Origin: Patescibacteria group bacterium
Lineage (GTDB): Bacteria > Patescibacteriota > Minisyncoccia > Phycocordibacterales > PALSA-1337
NCBI GenBank assembly: GCA_040387635.1
Contig: JAZKDJ010000001.1
Span: 311,453-375,452 of the forward strand
Direction: 5' to 3'
DNA: 64,000 bases
The notes under the pieces were generated by a model. It ran no database searches, had not been told where the DNA came from, and was given only the letters and a program-made list of their open reading frames with translations. Positions 38,514-48,350 of the stretch are shown here, in pieces (the first letter of the stretch is position 1; each line of letters begins with the position of its first letter). Both the position numbers and the translations under genes were made by a program.

Positions 38514-38876
38514 TTATTTTTTCTTAGATGGCTTGTCCGCTTTGGGTGCCTTGCTATCAAGAACAATGCTGACGTGGCTTGTCCTCTTGTTAATAGGAAA
38601 TGCCATACCTCGTGCTCGTGGCATCCTTCGCTTCAAAATATATCCCGCGTCTACTCGAATCTCCTTGAGGAAAAGGTTGTCAGATTCAATATTGAAATTA
38701 TTCTTTGCGTTAGCAACCGCTGACTTGATAAGTACAGAGATAGGGTCAGTAGCCTTCTTCGCTACGAATTCGAGCGTATCGAGAGCCTGCTTAACCGACT
38801 TTCCGCGAACCATGTTAGCGACAAGGCGAACTTTTCGTGGAGACTGGCGATAATTTTTGAGTGAAGCGGTAATCAT
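38514..38876 (-). CDS. rplV: 50S ribosomal protein L22
   Basis: Sequence and position. Confidence 0.9.
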   Translation of the reverse strand: MITASLKNYRQSPRKVRLVANMVRGKSVKQALDTLEFVAKKATDPISVLIKSAVANAKNNFNIESDNLFLKEIRVDAGYILKRRMPRARGMAFPINKRTSHVSIVLDSKAPKADKPSKKK

Positions 38877-38895
38877 ATATCTATATTAATCTGGA

Positions 38896-39234
38896 TTATT
38901 TCTTTGCTTCAGCTGGCTTAGCCGCCTTTGCTGATGCGATCTCCGCTTCCTTCTGCTTCATCTCGAGTTCCTTCTGCATCTTTCCTCCGTGTCGTACGAA
39001 CTTTCGAGTCGTTGAGAATTCACCGAGCCTGTGTCCTACCATTTCTTCTGTCACAAACACTGCAATATGATCCTTTCCGTTATGGACTCCGAAGGTAAAT
39101 CCAACCATTTCAGGAGAGATCTGGCTTCGTCGCGCCCATGTCTTAATAACCCCTGCTTCTGCCGGCTTCTTTCCAGCCACTTTCAAAAGCAGCTTCTCGT
39201 CTACATATGGACCTTTCTTTAGTGATCGTGACAT
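38896..39234 (-). CDS. rpsS: 30S ribosomal protein S19 (C-terminal Lys/Ala-rich extension)
   Basis: [18 protein letters not shown]. Confidence 0.9.
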   Translation of the reverse strand: MSRSLKKGPYVDEKLLLKVAGKKPAEAGVIKTWARRSQISPEMVGFTFGVHNGKDHIAVFVTEEMVGHRLGEFSTTRKFVRHGGKMQKELEMKQKEAEIASAKAAKPAEAKK

Positions 39235-39442
39235 TTTGGTTTAAAACAAACAAGCTCTTAGAGCTGGATTACTATACTAACAGAGGGAGGATTAAAGTCA
39301 AGAATTTGGCCTTAATCTTCGCCGACTATTGAGATGACAATCCCTTCAATAATGGATTTAACTACTTTTATACTCTTTTCAATCAAGGCTTTTCCTTAAA
39401 TTATTCTTTCCCTACCCTTCCTTGCCGCACATCACTCAACTA

Positions 39443-40294
39443 TTATTCAGTGATCTTGCTCTTGCCAACTCGGCGTCGAGAAACAATGAATACGTTTGAG
39501 TACTTCTTCGGTGTTCGTGTCTTCTGACCCTTTCCAGACGGCTTACCCCACATAGTCTTCGCTCGTCGAAGTCCTCGGCCCTGTCGTCCTTCACCTCCAC
39601 CGTGTGGGTGGTCCACTGGGTTCATGGCAGTACCTCGAACCGTAGGTCGGATACCCAACCATCGGCTTCGTCCAGCCTTTCCAATGTTTACAAGTCGTGA
39701 CTCTTCGTTTGAAACTGTACCGATAGTTGCCCACGCAGTCTCGTGCACCTTTCGAACTTCTGTTGAAGGAAGCTTGATGTGAGTATATCCTGCGTCGTTA
39801 GCAATAACCTGTCCGAAGCTTCCCGCTGATCGAACCATCTTAGCGCCGCCAAGAGGCTTGATTTCAATGTTGTAGATAAATGTACCTACTGGGATTTTTC
39901 GAAGAGGAAGTCTGTTTCCAACTTCGAGAGTTGCCTTCTCAGAAACAATGAACTTGTCTCCAACCTTCATTGTCTTTGGAACAATGATGTATCGTCGCTC
40001 TCCGTCAGCGTACACTACGAGTGCAATATATGCTGTTCGGTTAGGGTCATACTCAATAGTCTCGATTCGAGCTGGAACATCTTTCTTGTTGTAGCTGAAA
40101 TCGATCTCTCGATAGAGTCTCTTGTGTCCTCCTCCTTTGTGTCGGACAGTGATTCGTCCTTGGCTATTGCGTCCTACGTCTCGCTTGAAACCAGTAGTAA
40201 GAGCCTTATGTGGTTCTGATACGGTGACATAATCCTTGAACGGGAGTGTTGTCATGTGCCGTCGGGACGGCGTACTTGGGTGATATTTCTTCAT
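39443..40294 (-). CDS. rplB: 50S ribosomal protein L2
   Basis: Sequence and position. Confidence 0.9.
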   Translation of the reverse strand: MKKYHPSTPSRRHMTTLPFKDYVTVSEPHKALTTGFKRDVGRNSQGRITVRHKGGGHKRLYREIDFSYNKKDVPARIETIEYDPNRTAYIALVVYADGERRYIIVPKTMKVGDKFIVSEKATLEVGNRLPLRKIPVGTFIYNIEIKPLGGAKMVRSAGSFGQVIANDAGYTHIKLPSTEVRKVHETAWATIGTVSNEESRLVNIGKAGRSRWLGIRPTVRGTAMNPVDHPHGGGEGRQGRGLRRAKTMWGKPSGKGQKTRTPKKYSNVFIVSRRRVGKSKITE

Positions 40295-40299
40295 GGTTT

Positions 40300-40665
40300 T
40301 TATACAAATTCAATCTTATCCCCCTTGTTCAGATACACAACGGCCTTCTTGATTGCCGACTGAGTTCCTTTCTTTCCTCGCACAACCACCTGACGTGCAG
40401 GCAGTCTCACGATAGCGATCTTCTTTGGGGTAACTTTATAGAGAATCTTTACCGCTGCTGCAACTGTTTTCTTGGTTGCGTCCTTCTGAATTTCGAAAGT
40501 ATAGGCATTATTCTTCTCGCTTACGATGCCAGCCTTCTCAGTAATCCGAGGGCGGATGATTGCATCTGCAGCATTTGAAGCATTACCTACCTGGTTCGAT
40601 GTCTCAGGCTTTGCAACTTCAGTTGTCTTAACTTCCTTTTTCTTTTTTGATCCGAATAATGCCAT
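40300..40665 (-). CDS. rplW: 50S ribosomal protein L23
   Basis: Sequence and position. Confidence 0.85.
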   Translation of the reverse strand: MALFGSKKKKEVKTTEVAKPETSNQVGNASNAADAIIRPRITEKAGIVSEKNNAYTFEIQKDATKKTVAAAVKILYKVTPKKIAIVRLPARQVVVRGKKGTQSAIKKAVVYLNKGDKIEFV

Positions 40666-40670
40666 AATAT

Positions 40671-41345
40671 TTACTTAGTTTTTGATTCCAGCTTAGATTC
40701 AAGTGACGCAATTGCCTCCTTTGTGTTGGCGATTACGATGTACTTGTGGTTAAGAAGGCTTACTGGCGAAATGTTTCGCGCCTCTTCTACCGCTACGTTT
40801 CCGAAGTTTCGGAAGCTCTTGGTTACTCCAGGAGTCTTCTTGTCGATTGCGATAAGCGCTGCATTCTTAGGCTTTGTTGCAAGTTTTTCAAATCCCTTGA
40901 TCTTTGAAAGAGTCATGAGAACTGCTTTTGCATCCTTTGCCTTTGGTGCTGCGAATGAAAGGTCATCAACAAAGAGAATTTCATTGTCCTTGAGCTTTCG
41001 TGAAAGTACCGTAAAGAGAGCTTTGATCTTTGCCTTCTTGTTGATCTTTCTTTCGTAGTTCTTGTCGTTTCGAGGACCGTGCGTCACTCCTCCACCCACC
41101 CATAGAGGTGATCGTGTAGAACCGTGTCGAGCTCGGCCTGTTCCCTTCTGTCTCCAAGGCTTCTTTCCTCCTCCTCGAACTTCTCCTCGAGTCTTCGTGT
41201 GAGCAATAGGATCTCGCTCGTTTGACATCATAGATACTACAACCTGGTGAACCAAGTCGGCATTCCATGAGAGTCCGAATACTTCTGGTGAAAGTTTCAC
41301 CTTTCCAGCCTCCTTTCCTTCTATAGTGTAAATTTGTGCTTCCAT
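40671..41345 (-). CDS. rplD: 50S ribosomal protein L4
   Basis: Sequence and position. Confidence 0.9.
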   Translation of the reverse strand: MEAQIYTIEGKEAGKVKLSPEVFGLSWNADLVHQVVVSMMSNERDPIAHTKTRGEVRGGGKKPWRQKGTGRARHGSTRSPLWVGGGVTHGPRNDKNYERKINKKAKIKALFTVLSRKLKDNEILFVDDLSFAAPKAKDAKAVLMTLSKIKGFEKLATKPKNAALIAIDKKTPGVTKSFRNFGNVAVEEARNISPVSLLNHKYIVIANTKEAIASLESKLESKTK

Positions 41346-41356
41346 GTTAGTCGTCT

Positions 41357-41977
41357 TTAGTTATTCTGTCCGATTATCTCGACAACCGTTCCTCGACGAC
41401 CTGGAACAGCACCTGATAGGTACACCTTGTTATTTTCTGAATCAACATGAAGAACCTTGAGGTTTTTGACTGTTACGACATCACCTCCCATTCGTCCTGC
41501 CATTCGCATCTTCTTAGGAACCTTGTTTCGAAGACCTCCTCCGATAGAACCTGGCTCTCGCTCTGAGTGCTTCTGACCGTGAGTTCTTGGTCCTCCGCCG
41601 AATCCATGTCGCTTAACGACACCCTGGAATCCTTTACCCTTTGAGATAGCAGTTACCTGTACGGTATCTCCTTCCTTGAACTGAGTTGCGTCCATCTTGT
41701 CTCCAATTTTGTAGTTGTCATTTGCCTTCTCCATTCGGAACTCTCTCACATCGTGAAAGTTTCCAAGATCCTTGAAGTGACCCTTCTGCGCCTTGTTGAT
41801 TCGATGAGGCTTTGTCTCATGTGCTCCAATCTGCACGGCTGAATAGCCGTCTTTTTCAACTGTTCTTACCTGTGTCACAACAACAGGCTTCACATCAAGA
41901 ATGGTAGCCGCTCGCGCGTTAGCATCCTTGTCGAAAACCTGCGTCATATTTAACTTTTTACCGAGAATAAATTTCAT
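41357..41977 (-). CDS. rplC: 50S ribosomal protein L3
   Basis: Sequence and position. Confidence 0.9.
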   Translation of the reverse strand: MKFILGKKLNMTQVFDKDANARAATILDVKPVVVTQVRTVEKDGYSAVQIGAHETKPHRINKAQKGHFKDLGNFHDVREFRMEKANDNYKIGDKMDATQFKEGDTVQVTAISKGKGFQGVVKRHGFGGGPRTHGQKHSEREPGSIGGGLRNKVPKKMRMAGRMGGDVVTVKNLKVLHVDSENNKVYLSGAVPGRRGTVVEIIGQNN

Positions 41978-41998
41978 AGCAGTAGTGTGGCAGCCGAA

Positions 41999-42379
41999 CT
42001 ACATCATCTTCACATCGATGTTCACTCCAGAAGGAAGGCTCAGGTTAGTGAGAGCTTCAATGATCTTCTGATTTGGATTCAATATGTCGATAAGTCTCTT
42101 ATGAACTCGCATTTCAAACTGTTCGCGCGCGTTCTTGAAGACGAATGCTGATCGGTTAACCGTATATTTCTTAATTTCTGTAGGAAGAGGAACAGGACCT
42201 CTGAACTCAACATCGTATCTGATGGCTGTATCCATGATCTGCTTTACTGAAGCATCGAGAATCTTGGATTCATAAGCTCTCACTCTGATTCGAAGTCGTG
42301 GACCCTCTGAAGGCTTTGCGACCTTCGCTTTCGTCGCCTTCTTCACAGGCTTTGTTTCTTTAGTGGTGGCTGATGTCAT
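41999..42379 (-). CDS. rpsJ: 30S ribosomal protein S10 (about 25-aa basic N-terminal extension)
   Basis: RLRIRVRAYESKILD...LPTE core. Confidence 0.9.
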   Translation of the reverse strand: MTSATTKETKPVKKATKAKVAKPSEGPRLRIRVRAYESKILDASVKQIMDTAIRYDVEFRGPVPLPTEIKKYTVNRSAFVFKNAREQFEMRVHKRLIDILNPNQKIIEALTNLSLPSGVNIDVKMM

Positions 42380-42418
42380 CTGGATATTGTTGAGTTAAAG
42401 TGCTGAATCTGAATTAGA

Positions 42419-43603
42419 TTAGGCAACAATCTTTGTGATAACACCTGCGCCTACAGTCTTTCCTCCTTCTCGGATAGCAAATCGCTGCTTCTCTTCGAGG
42501 GCTACTGGAGCAACAAGCTTGACCTTGAATGTTACTGTGTCTCCTGGCATAACCATTTCTACCTTCTCAGCAAGTGTTACTTCACCAGTAACGTCTGTTG
42601 TTCGTAGGTAAAACTGTGGCTTATAACCTGAGAAGAATGGGGTGTGTCGACCTCCTTCCTCTTTCTTGAGGATATAAACTTCTGATTCGAAGTCTGTGTG
42701 TGGCTTAACTGAGCCAGTTTTTGCAAGAACCATACCTCGTGTAACGTCGTCCTTAGAAGTTCCTCGGAGAAGAAGACCTGCGTTGTCGCCAGCCTGTCCT
42801 TCCTTGAGCTGCTTGTTGAACATTTCGATACCAGTGATGGTTGTCTTTGTCGTGTCTCGGAAACCGAGGATTTCAACTTCCTCTCCAACCTTAACTACAC
42901 CTCGCTCAATTCTTCCTGTAACCACTGTTCCTCGTCCTTCGATTGAGAAGATGTCCTCAATTGGCATAAGGAATGGCTTGTCTGTCTCTCGAACTGGAGT
43001 AGGAATATAGGTATCAAGAGCGTTCATAAGATCCTTGATCTTCTGTGACCACTCTGCGTCACCCTCAAGAGCCTTGAGAGCTGAACCTCGGATAACTGGA
43101 GCGTTCTTTCCGTCGAAACCGTACTTTGTAAGGAGGTCTCGAACTTCTTCTTCAACGAGGTCAAGAAGGTCCTTTTCAGCAACCATGTCGCACTTGTTGA
43201 GGAAAACTACAACCTGAGGCACACCAACCTGCTTTGCAAGAAGGATATGCTCTCGTGTCTGTGGCATAACACCGTCAAGAGCTGAAACCACGAGAATAGC
43301 ACCGTCCATCTGAGCGGCACCTGTGATCATGTTCTTGATATAGTCTGCGTGTCCCGGAGCGTCAATGTGAGCGTAGTGTCGAGCTGTTGACTCGTATTCT
43401 ACGTGCGCTAGAGAGATAGTAACCACCTTTGTGGCGTCTCGAACAGTTCCTCCCTTGGCGATATCACCATAGGCCTTGACCTGAGCGAGTCCATCCCGTG
43501 CCTGAACGGCGAGGATAGAAGTGGTAAGAGTTGTTTTACCGTGGTCAACGTGACCAATGGTTCCCACGTTTACATGGGGCTTTGTACGTACGAATTCTGC
43601 CAT
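42419..43603 (-). CDS. tuf: elongation factor Tu
   Basis: [19 protein letters not shown] and NKCD G-motifs. Confidence 0.95.
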   Translation of the reverse strand: MAEFVRTKPHVNVGTIGHVDHGKTTLTTSILAVQARDGLAQVKAYGDIAKGGTVRDATKVVTISLAHVEYESTARHYAHIDAPGHADYIKNMITGAAQMDGAILVVSALDGVMPQTREHILLAKQVGVPQVVVFLNKCDMVAEKDLLDLVEEEVRDLLTKYGFDGKNAPVIRGSALKALEGDAEWSQKIKDLMNALDTYIPTPVRETDKPFLMPIEDIFSIEGRGTVVTGRIERGVVKVGEEVEILGFRDTTKTTITGIEMFNKQLKEGQAGDNAGLLLRGTSKDDVTRGMVLAKTGSVKPHTDFESEVYILKKEEGGRHTPFFSGYKPQFYLRTTDVTGEVTLAEKVEMVMPGDTVTFKVKLVAPVALEEKQRFAIREGGKTVGAGVITKIVA

Positions 43604-43784
43604 AAATTTTGATTTTAGTGCTTTACCGTAGATGTCCTTTCTTGGTTATACGAAGGGCAGCCGCGGCAAAGATAAATAAATTAGTAAATAACACGCAAAC
43701 AATGCGATAGGTGTCATACTATCAGATTACTTATCAATGTCAACTAAACGCTGTTTTTCTAGAGAAAACCCCCGAAAACTAACA

Positions 43785-43822
43785 AAAAACCGCCCTGATA
43801 TAGAATATCGAGCGGTTTTTTG
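43785..43822 (-). terminator. rho-independent terminator after the 754-aa gene (long stem CCGCUCGAUAU-UCU-AUAUCAGGGCGG followed by a U-tract)
   Basis: Palindrome read from the sequence. Confidence 0.7.
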
Positions 43823-43835
43823 CAATATTATCTAT

Positions 43836-46100
43836 TTAGTTATCGTCATCTCCGTTACCAATCACAGCATTGATATCAACTATATTGAATTCGTTGCTTG
43901 TTGTACATAGTGGCTTGAACGTAGCATTAGGATCAACTCGGCCTTCGTCACAAAGAGTGATCTTATACTTTCCGCTTGTTGCTCCACCCTTCACATATCC
44001 TGCGATATCGAAGTAGAGCTGTCCCTTTCCTGTTCCCATGTGACCATATTCCTTATAGACACCTCGATTTCCATCGATTGAGCTATAGAGATATGCCGTA
44101 AGAATTCCAGAAAGATTTACACCTGCGTAAGAAATAGCGATCTTATCGTCTGATTCATACTTCTCGCCTCCTATTGGAGAAAGTATCTTAAGATCTGCTT
44201 TTTCCTGAGTAACAACAGAGAGAACCTTTACCTTCATGACATTGCTCTTTCCCTGATCAGTCACAACATACACGTCATATGTTTTTCCAATCAAAAGATT
44301 TTTTGGAGTCTGCGCAATAATATTTGTATCGTAGAGCTGAGTTATCTCAACTTTTTTACCAGCTAGATAAACATCAGTATTTTTTCCAGTAAGTCGTGCA
44401 CCTGAAATGTACATCGTGCTATTAGCATCGATCTCACCATTTCCAGCAGCCTTTCCTGACACAGAATAGATCACAGGTTTATATGCGCTCTGAGAACCGT
44501 TTCTCGTAGTAGGAGCTACATATCCATAGTTAGAATCAAATCCTGGGTAAAACCATACTGTTCCGCTAGGAAATCGGCTTTCACCTTGGTTTGCGATTGC
44601 ATCTTTGCTGTTATTATTTTTGTAGACCGCTGGGAGCGTACCATTGCTTGCAACCCACGCATCCACTCTCATTCCATTATCATCTGAAGTCGGTTCATAG
44701 ATAGGAAGAAGCTGAAACTCTCCAGACATCGTTGGCTTGTTACCAAATGACCATGGAGCCTGCTTAGCATCATCATTAGATTTAATATCTTCAGCTAGGC
44801 TATATTCTTCATTTCCTACTTCTATAGTTGCCCAAATAGCGAGACCAGATCCATACTGTCGGCCATCAATTCCTCGGCCTACAAGAAATTCTATAGTGTC
44901 GCCCTTCTCAAGAGTAAAGCTCTTGTTGTAGCTATCCTTCTCGAATGGCTTCAAATTTTTTCCATACACCTCTCGGTTGTTTACGAGCACATAGAAATCA
45001 GAGTCATATGAAGTTTCACCATCAATAGACTGAGCTACCTTGGTATTGATTTCATAAGCACCACCCTTAGGAGCTGTGAATCGGATAGTTCCGAAGTTAT
45101 CTTTTGATCGATCAATTCTCAAACCATTAGCCGTAACCAAACAACCTGATGCGCCAGTATATGGACATGACGAAGTATAGTCTGAACCTCGTACCTTAAT
45201 TGAAATCTCTTTCTCAGCCTGATAGCTATCACCATGAGTTGTATAGCATGACAACGTATGATTTGAACAATAGAGGATGACTACAAGTTTGTAATCTCCT
45301 GGCGCGAGGTATCTTGAGAAAACTCCGCTCCATGATTTTGTCTGATAGTTATAAACTGCGTTAATGCTATCAATGCCACCCTTAGTTGAGTCATCCTTTT
45401 CAAGACGAGCCTGAACGTGGAATCCTTCCTCAGGAGTTGGATCAGAAATTCCTCCAACAGTTTCTACACCTTTAACATTCTTAAATGAAACGTACTCGCC
45501 TGTACCAAATGATCTCTTAACTGCGAGGCTCTTAATATAGTAGCCTGCCTTTTTATTATCTGAAAAATTAAGTGTAGACTCGTCATCAGATCCATTATCT
45601 ACAACTACTACTGTAGGCTTATTGTCAGAACAACCGAGTGAATTCAATTTCGCTCGCGTAAGTGCTCCAACGTATCCAGTTGCTGGCATTCCATTAGCCT
45701 GCTGGAACTTAACAACTGCCGCCGCAGTAGACTCTCCAAAATAAGACTTATCGACAGTGTCGCCATCTTTCTGAGGCTGTTCGCCGTCAGCTATGCTGTA
45801 GCCCATTTTTATGAGCCGAGACTGCAATTCAGCAACCTGAGTTCCCTTGTCTCTAATTTGGATATCTTTAGAGAAAACGAAACACGCCTGATTGCTTCCT
45901 TCATTATTCTGAAGCTTTTCAAGCATAGCCATGAGCTCTGCTATCTTTGCTCGAATCTGCGCAATGCGATCAACATTGTTTGTCTCAGCATGCACTGATG
46001 TGCTTAAGCCGAGCATCAAGACTCCTGCAAGCGCGATCGAAAGGATTATTTTTTTCATTGAATGGTTAATGACGGTTAATATACAGCTCAATACAAGCAC
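43836..46100 (-). CDS. secreted cell-wall-associated protein with a peptidoglycan-binding (PGBD1-like) domain and large beta-rich C-terminal region
   Basis: Signal peptide, then a helix DRIAQIRAKIAELMAMLEKLQ. Peptidoglycan-binding-like segment TQVAELQSRLIKMGY...AAVVKFQQANGMPATGYVG. Confidence 0.65.
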   Translation of the reverse strand: MLVLSCILTVINHSMKKIILSIALAGVLMLGLSTSVHAETNNVDRIAQIRAKIAELMAMLEKLQNNEGSNQACFVFSKDIQIRDKGTQVAELQSRLIKMGYSIADGEQPQKDGDTVDKSYFGESTAAAVVKFQQANGMPATGYVGALTRAKLNSLGCSDNKPTVVVVDNGSDDESTLNFSDNKKAGYYIKSLAVKRSFGTGEYVSFKNVKGVETVGGISDPTPEEGFHVQARLEKDDSTKGGIDSINAVYNYQTKSWSGVFSRYLAPGDYKLVVILYCSNHTLSCYTTHGDSYQAEKEISIKVRGSDYTSSCPYTGASGCLVTANGLRIDRSKDNFGTIRFTAPKGGAYEINTKVAQSIDGETSYDSDFYVLVNNREVYGKNLKPFEKDSYNKSFTLEKGDTIEFLVGRGIDGRQYGSGLAIWATIEVGNEEYSLAEDIKSNDDAKQAPWSFGNKPTMSGEFQLLPIYEPTSDDNGMRVDAWVASNGTLPAVYKNNNSKDAIANQGESRFPSGTVWFYPGFDSNYGYVAPTTRNGSQSAYKPVIYSVSGKAAGNGEIDANSTMYISGARLTGKNTDVYLAGKKVEITQLYDTNIIAQTPKNLLIGKTYDVYVVTDQGKSNVMKVKVLSVVTQEKADLKILSPIGGEKYESDDKIAISYAGVNLSGILTAYLYSSIDGNRGVYKEYGHMGTGKGQLYFDIAGYVKGGATSGKYKITLCDEGRVDPNATFKPLCTTSNEFNIVDINAVIGNGDDDN

Positions 46101-46102
46101 AC

Positions 46103-48178
46103 TTACTGCGTTTGTCCAACGTACTGTTCGAAGGATCGAACGACGCTCGCCAATCCGCTTAAGATGGTAGCCATATCTTCAGACTCGATCGTCTCAGGTA
46201 CAAATGCACTTGAAGGTAATCTATCTGCTGCTTTGTAACAGAATGTCGCTGCTGAATCCACCCCAGAAACTCCAGAGAATTTTGCTGGTGAATAACCTGT
46301 AGCGCACGTTATTGAACTGTTGTTAAGAGGATTGTAATAAAGGCTTGAATACATTCCTCCAAAATCCGCCACTCCTCGAGTACCTACAGCATGAGCTTTG
46401 TAACAAAAGCTTGCATTATAGTCCACACCAATCGCACCCTTAAATTTAGATGCGCTATAGCCATCCGGACATTCTCCAGACGCAGCTAATGGATTTTTAT
46501 AACCTGCTCCACCATTGCTTCCATATATTCCTCCGAAGTCATACTTAATATCTGACTCATTCGAAGTAAGTTTGTAACAATAGAATACGTTTGCATCGGT
46601 TCCAGGAAGTCCTAGAATCTTTGTTTTGGTATAACCATCAGGACAAGTTTTGTCATTGGTTGCTGGGTTGTTGTAAGCGGCACCAAACATTCCACCGAAC
46701 GCTACGAAAGCTTCTGCTGTTTCAACACCATTATTAGTAGTGCCTGTAGTTCCAGAAGTGTTCTGTGTGTTTGATCCTGTTGTACCCGTAGTACCAGTTG
46801 TTCCTGTTGTACCAAGCGCGTTGTTTGTACCAGCAGATGTGCCCTGTGCAGCAACTGTGAACACACCGCTTACTGCAGAGAATTGCTCATTACCCCACTT
46901 CTTAAGAGCATTCTTTGGAAGCTTAGTAACTATTTTAATTTTATACTGACCTGCATCTAGCTTGTTCAAAGAAACCATCTTTCGGCTCTTTTCAAGATAC
47001 GTAGTCGCAAGCTTGATTGCCTTGCCCTCAGTTCCACCTGTTACTGGGATAGCAAGAATATCAATCTTTATTTTCTCAGGCACATCTTCATCCTCATCTC
47101 CAAAGAGTCCTCCAACAGCATCCTGTAGAGCGCTCATTACTGGATCAAGTTTAGTTAACTGCTCAAGCGGCTTCAAAAGTCCGTCTCGAGTAAATTCTCC
47201 GATACCCAAGAAATCAAGTTCCTTAAGCTGATCAATGCCAGCTACCGTCATTTTTGAAAGCTCCTTCAATGCTCCGCTAGAAACTCCAGGAATCACACCT
47301 GCAGGATCAAGCTCTTCAAGCTGATCATCATTTAACTTTGAAAGGGCCTGAATATCTCCTGCCTTAAGGCTAAGAAGAATATCTCTGTCCGCTTGATTGA
47401 ATCGAGTAAGATCCAAGCTTCGTGCATCTGCTCCAACTCCATACATTGGAACTACTCGGATACCTACGTATGCATTCGCATTTTTATCTTTGACCTGCTT
47501 TCGAATGAAGTTTGCAGTCCATGTAACTCTTTGTTTCTTACCCTTAGTCCATGTTGTTCCTGCGAGTGGAGCCGTGATCTTTATAGAGGGATCAGGAGCT
47601 TCCGTGATTTTGATCACGCCAGTGCTTGTAGCAAGGACTACCTTTGCATCAGCATTGCTGTTTGAAGCTGCAGATGAGATACCTCCAGATGTTACAACTT
47701 TCACAAAATGCGAACCTACTAGAGAAGCTTTGTTGAGAAGGAGGAGGGGAACTCTTACTTCACCTTTTTTGATTGGAACATTCTTAGCGATCGAAAGATC
47801 CTTTGCATTTATTGCAGTAGGAGTTGATGAGCTAAGGAAAAGACTTATCGTCTTGCCCTGAGGCGCTGCTGTACCAACAGTCCATGTGACCTTATTACGC
47901 GTAGCTCGCTGCCATGTAACATCTCCTTTTGGAGCAGTCAACACAAAACCCCAATGCTTTGCTAATGCTGTTGCATTTGCAATGTCTGACGCTGAAGGCG
48001 GCTGAGTAGTATCTTGTGTTCCTCCAAGCTGTGCTCGAAGTGCTGCAAGCTGCTGCTCAAGCGACGCAATCTGGTTTGCGAGTTCCTGTGATGTTAAAGC
48101 TTCCGCATGCTGTGTGAAGCAAGCGAAGGCAAATAACGAGAGGAAACCTATGCCTAATATTTTTTTCATATGGACCAA
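46103..48178 (-). CDS. secreted surface protein with (GTT)n Gly/Thr-rich linker and three tandem ~50-aa two-Cys repeats (CPDGY...FCYK)
   Basis: Signal peptide, then a helix SQELANQIASLEQQLAALRAQL. GTTGTTGTTGTTG tract. Repeats KTCPDGYTKTK...FYCYK, GECPDGYSASK...FCYK and ITCATGYSPAK...FCYK. Confidence 0.65.
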   Translation of the reverse strand: MVHMKKILGIGFLSLFAFACFTQHAEALTSQELANQIASLEQQLAALRAQLGGTQDTTQPPSASDIANATALAKHWGFVLTAPKGDVTWQRATRNKVTWTVGTAAPQGKTISLFLSSSTPTAINAKDLSIAKNVPIKKGEVRVPLLLLNKASLVGSHFVKVVTSGGISSAASNSNADAKVVLATSTGVIKITEAPDPSIKITAPLAGTTWTKGKKQRVTWTANFIRKQVKDKNANAYVGIRVVPMYGVGADARSLDLTRFNQADRDILLSLKAGDIQALSKLNDDQLEELDPAGVIPGVSSGALKELSKMTVAGIDQLKELDFLGIGEFTRDGLLKPLEQLTKLDPVMSALQDAVGGLFGDEDEDVPEKIKIDILAIPVTGGTEGKAIKLATTYLEKSRKMVSLNKLDAGQYKIKIVTKLPKNALKKWGNEQFSAVSGVFTVAAQGTSAGTNNALGTTGTTGTTGTTGSNTQNTSGTTGTTNNGVETAEAFVAFGGMFGAAYNNPATNDKTCPDGYTKTKILGLPGTDANVFYCYKLTSNESDIKYDFGGIYGSNGGAGYKNPLAASGECPDGYSASKFKGAIGVDYNASFCYKAHAVGTRGVADFGGMYSSLYYNPLNNSSITCATGYSPAKFSGVSGVDSAATFCYKAADRLPSSAFVPETIESEDMATILSGLASVVRSFEQYVGQTQ

Positions 48179-48221
48179 TCTTACTAATGATTAATAATTC
48201 CCCTTCCTCTACAAACAAAAA

Positions 48222-48256
48222 ACCAGATCGCGTTGCCGCTGATCTAGCTTTTGAGT
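48222..48256 (-). terminator. rho-independent terminator after fusA (AGAUC-A-GCG-GCAA-CGC-GAUCU followed by GGUUUUUUG on the minus strand)
   Basis: Read from the sequence. Confidence 0.7.
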
Positions 48257-48350
48257 AGTTATGGTAAATTATAGTCCGTTATCAAATATGCGCAAATGAG
48301 TTATCAACAGCTCGCGCATATTCTCACCGAAACCAAAACTATTTTCTTTC

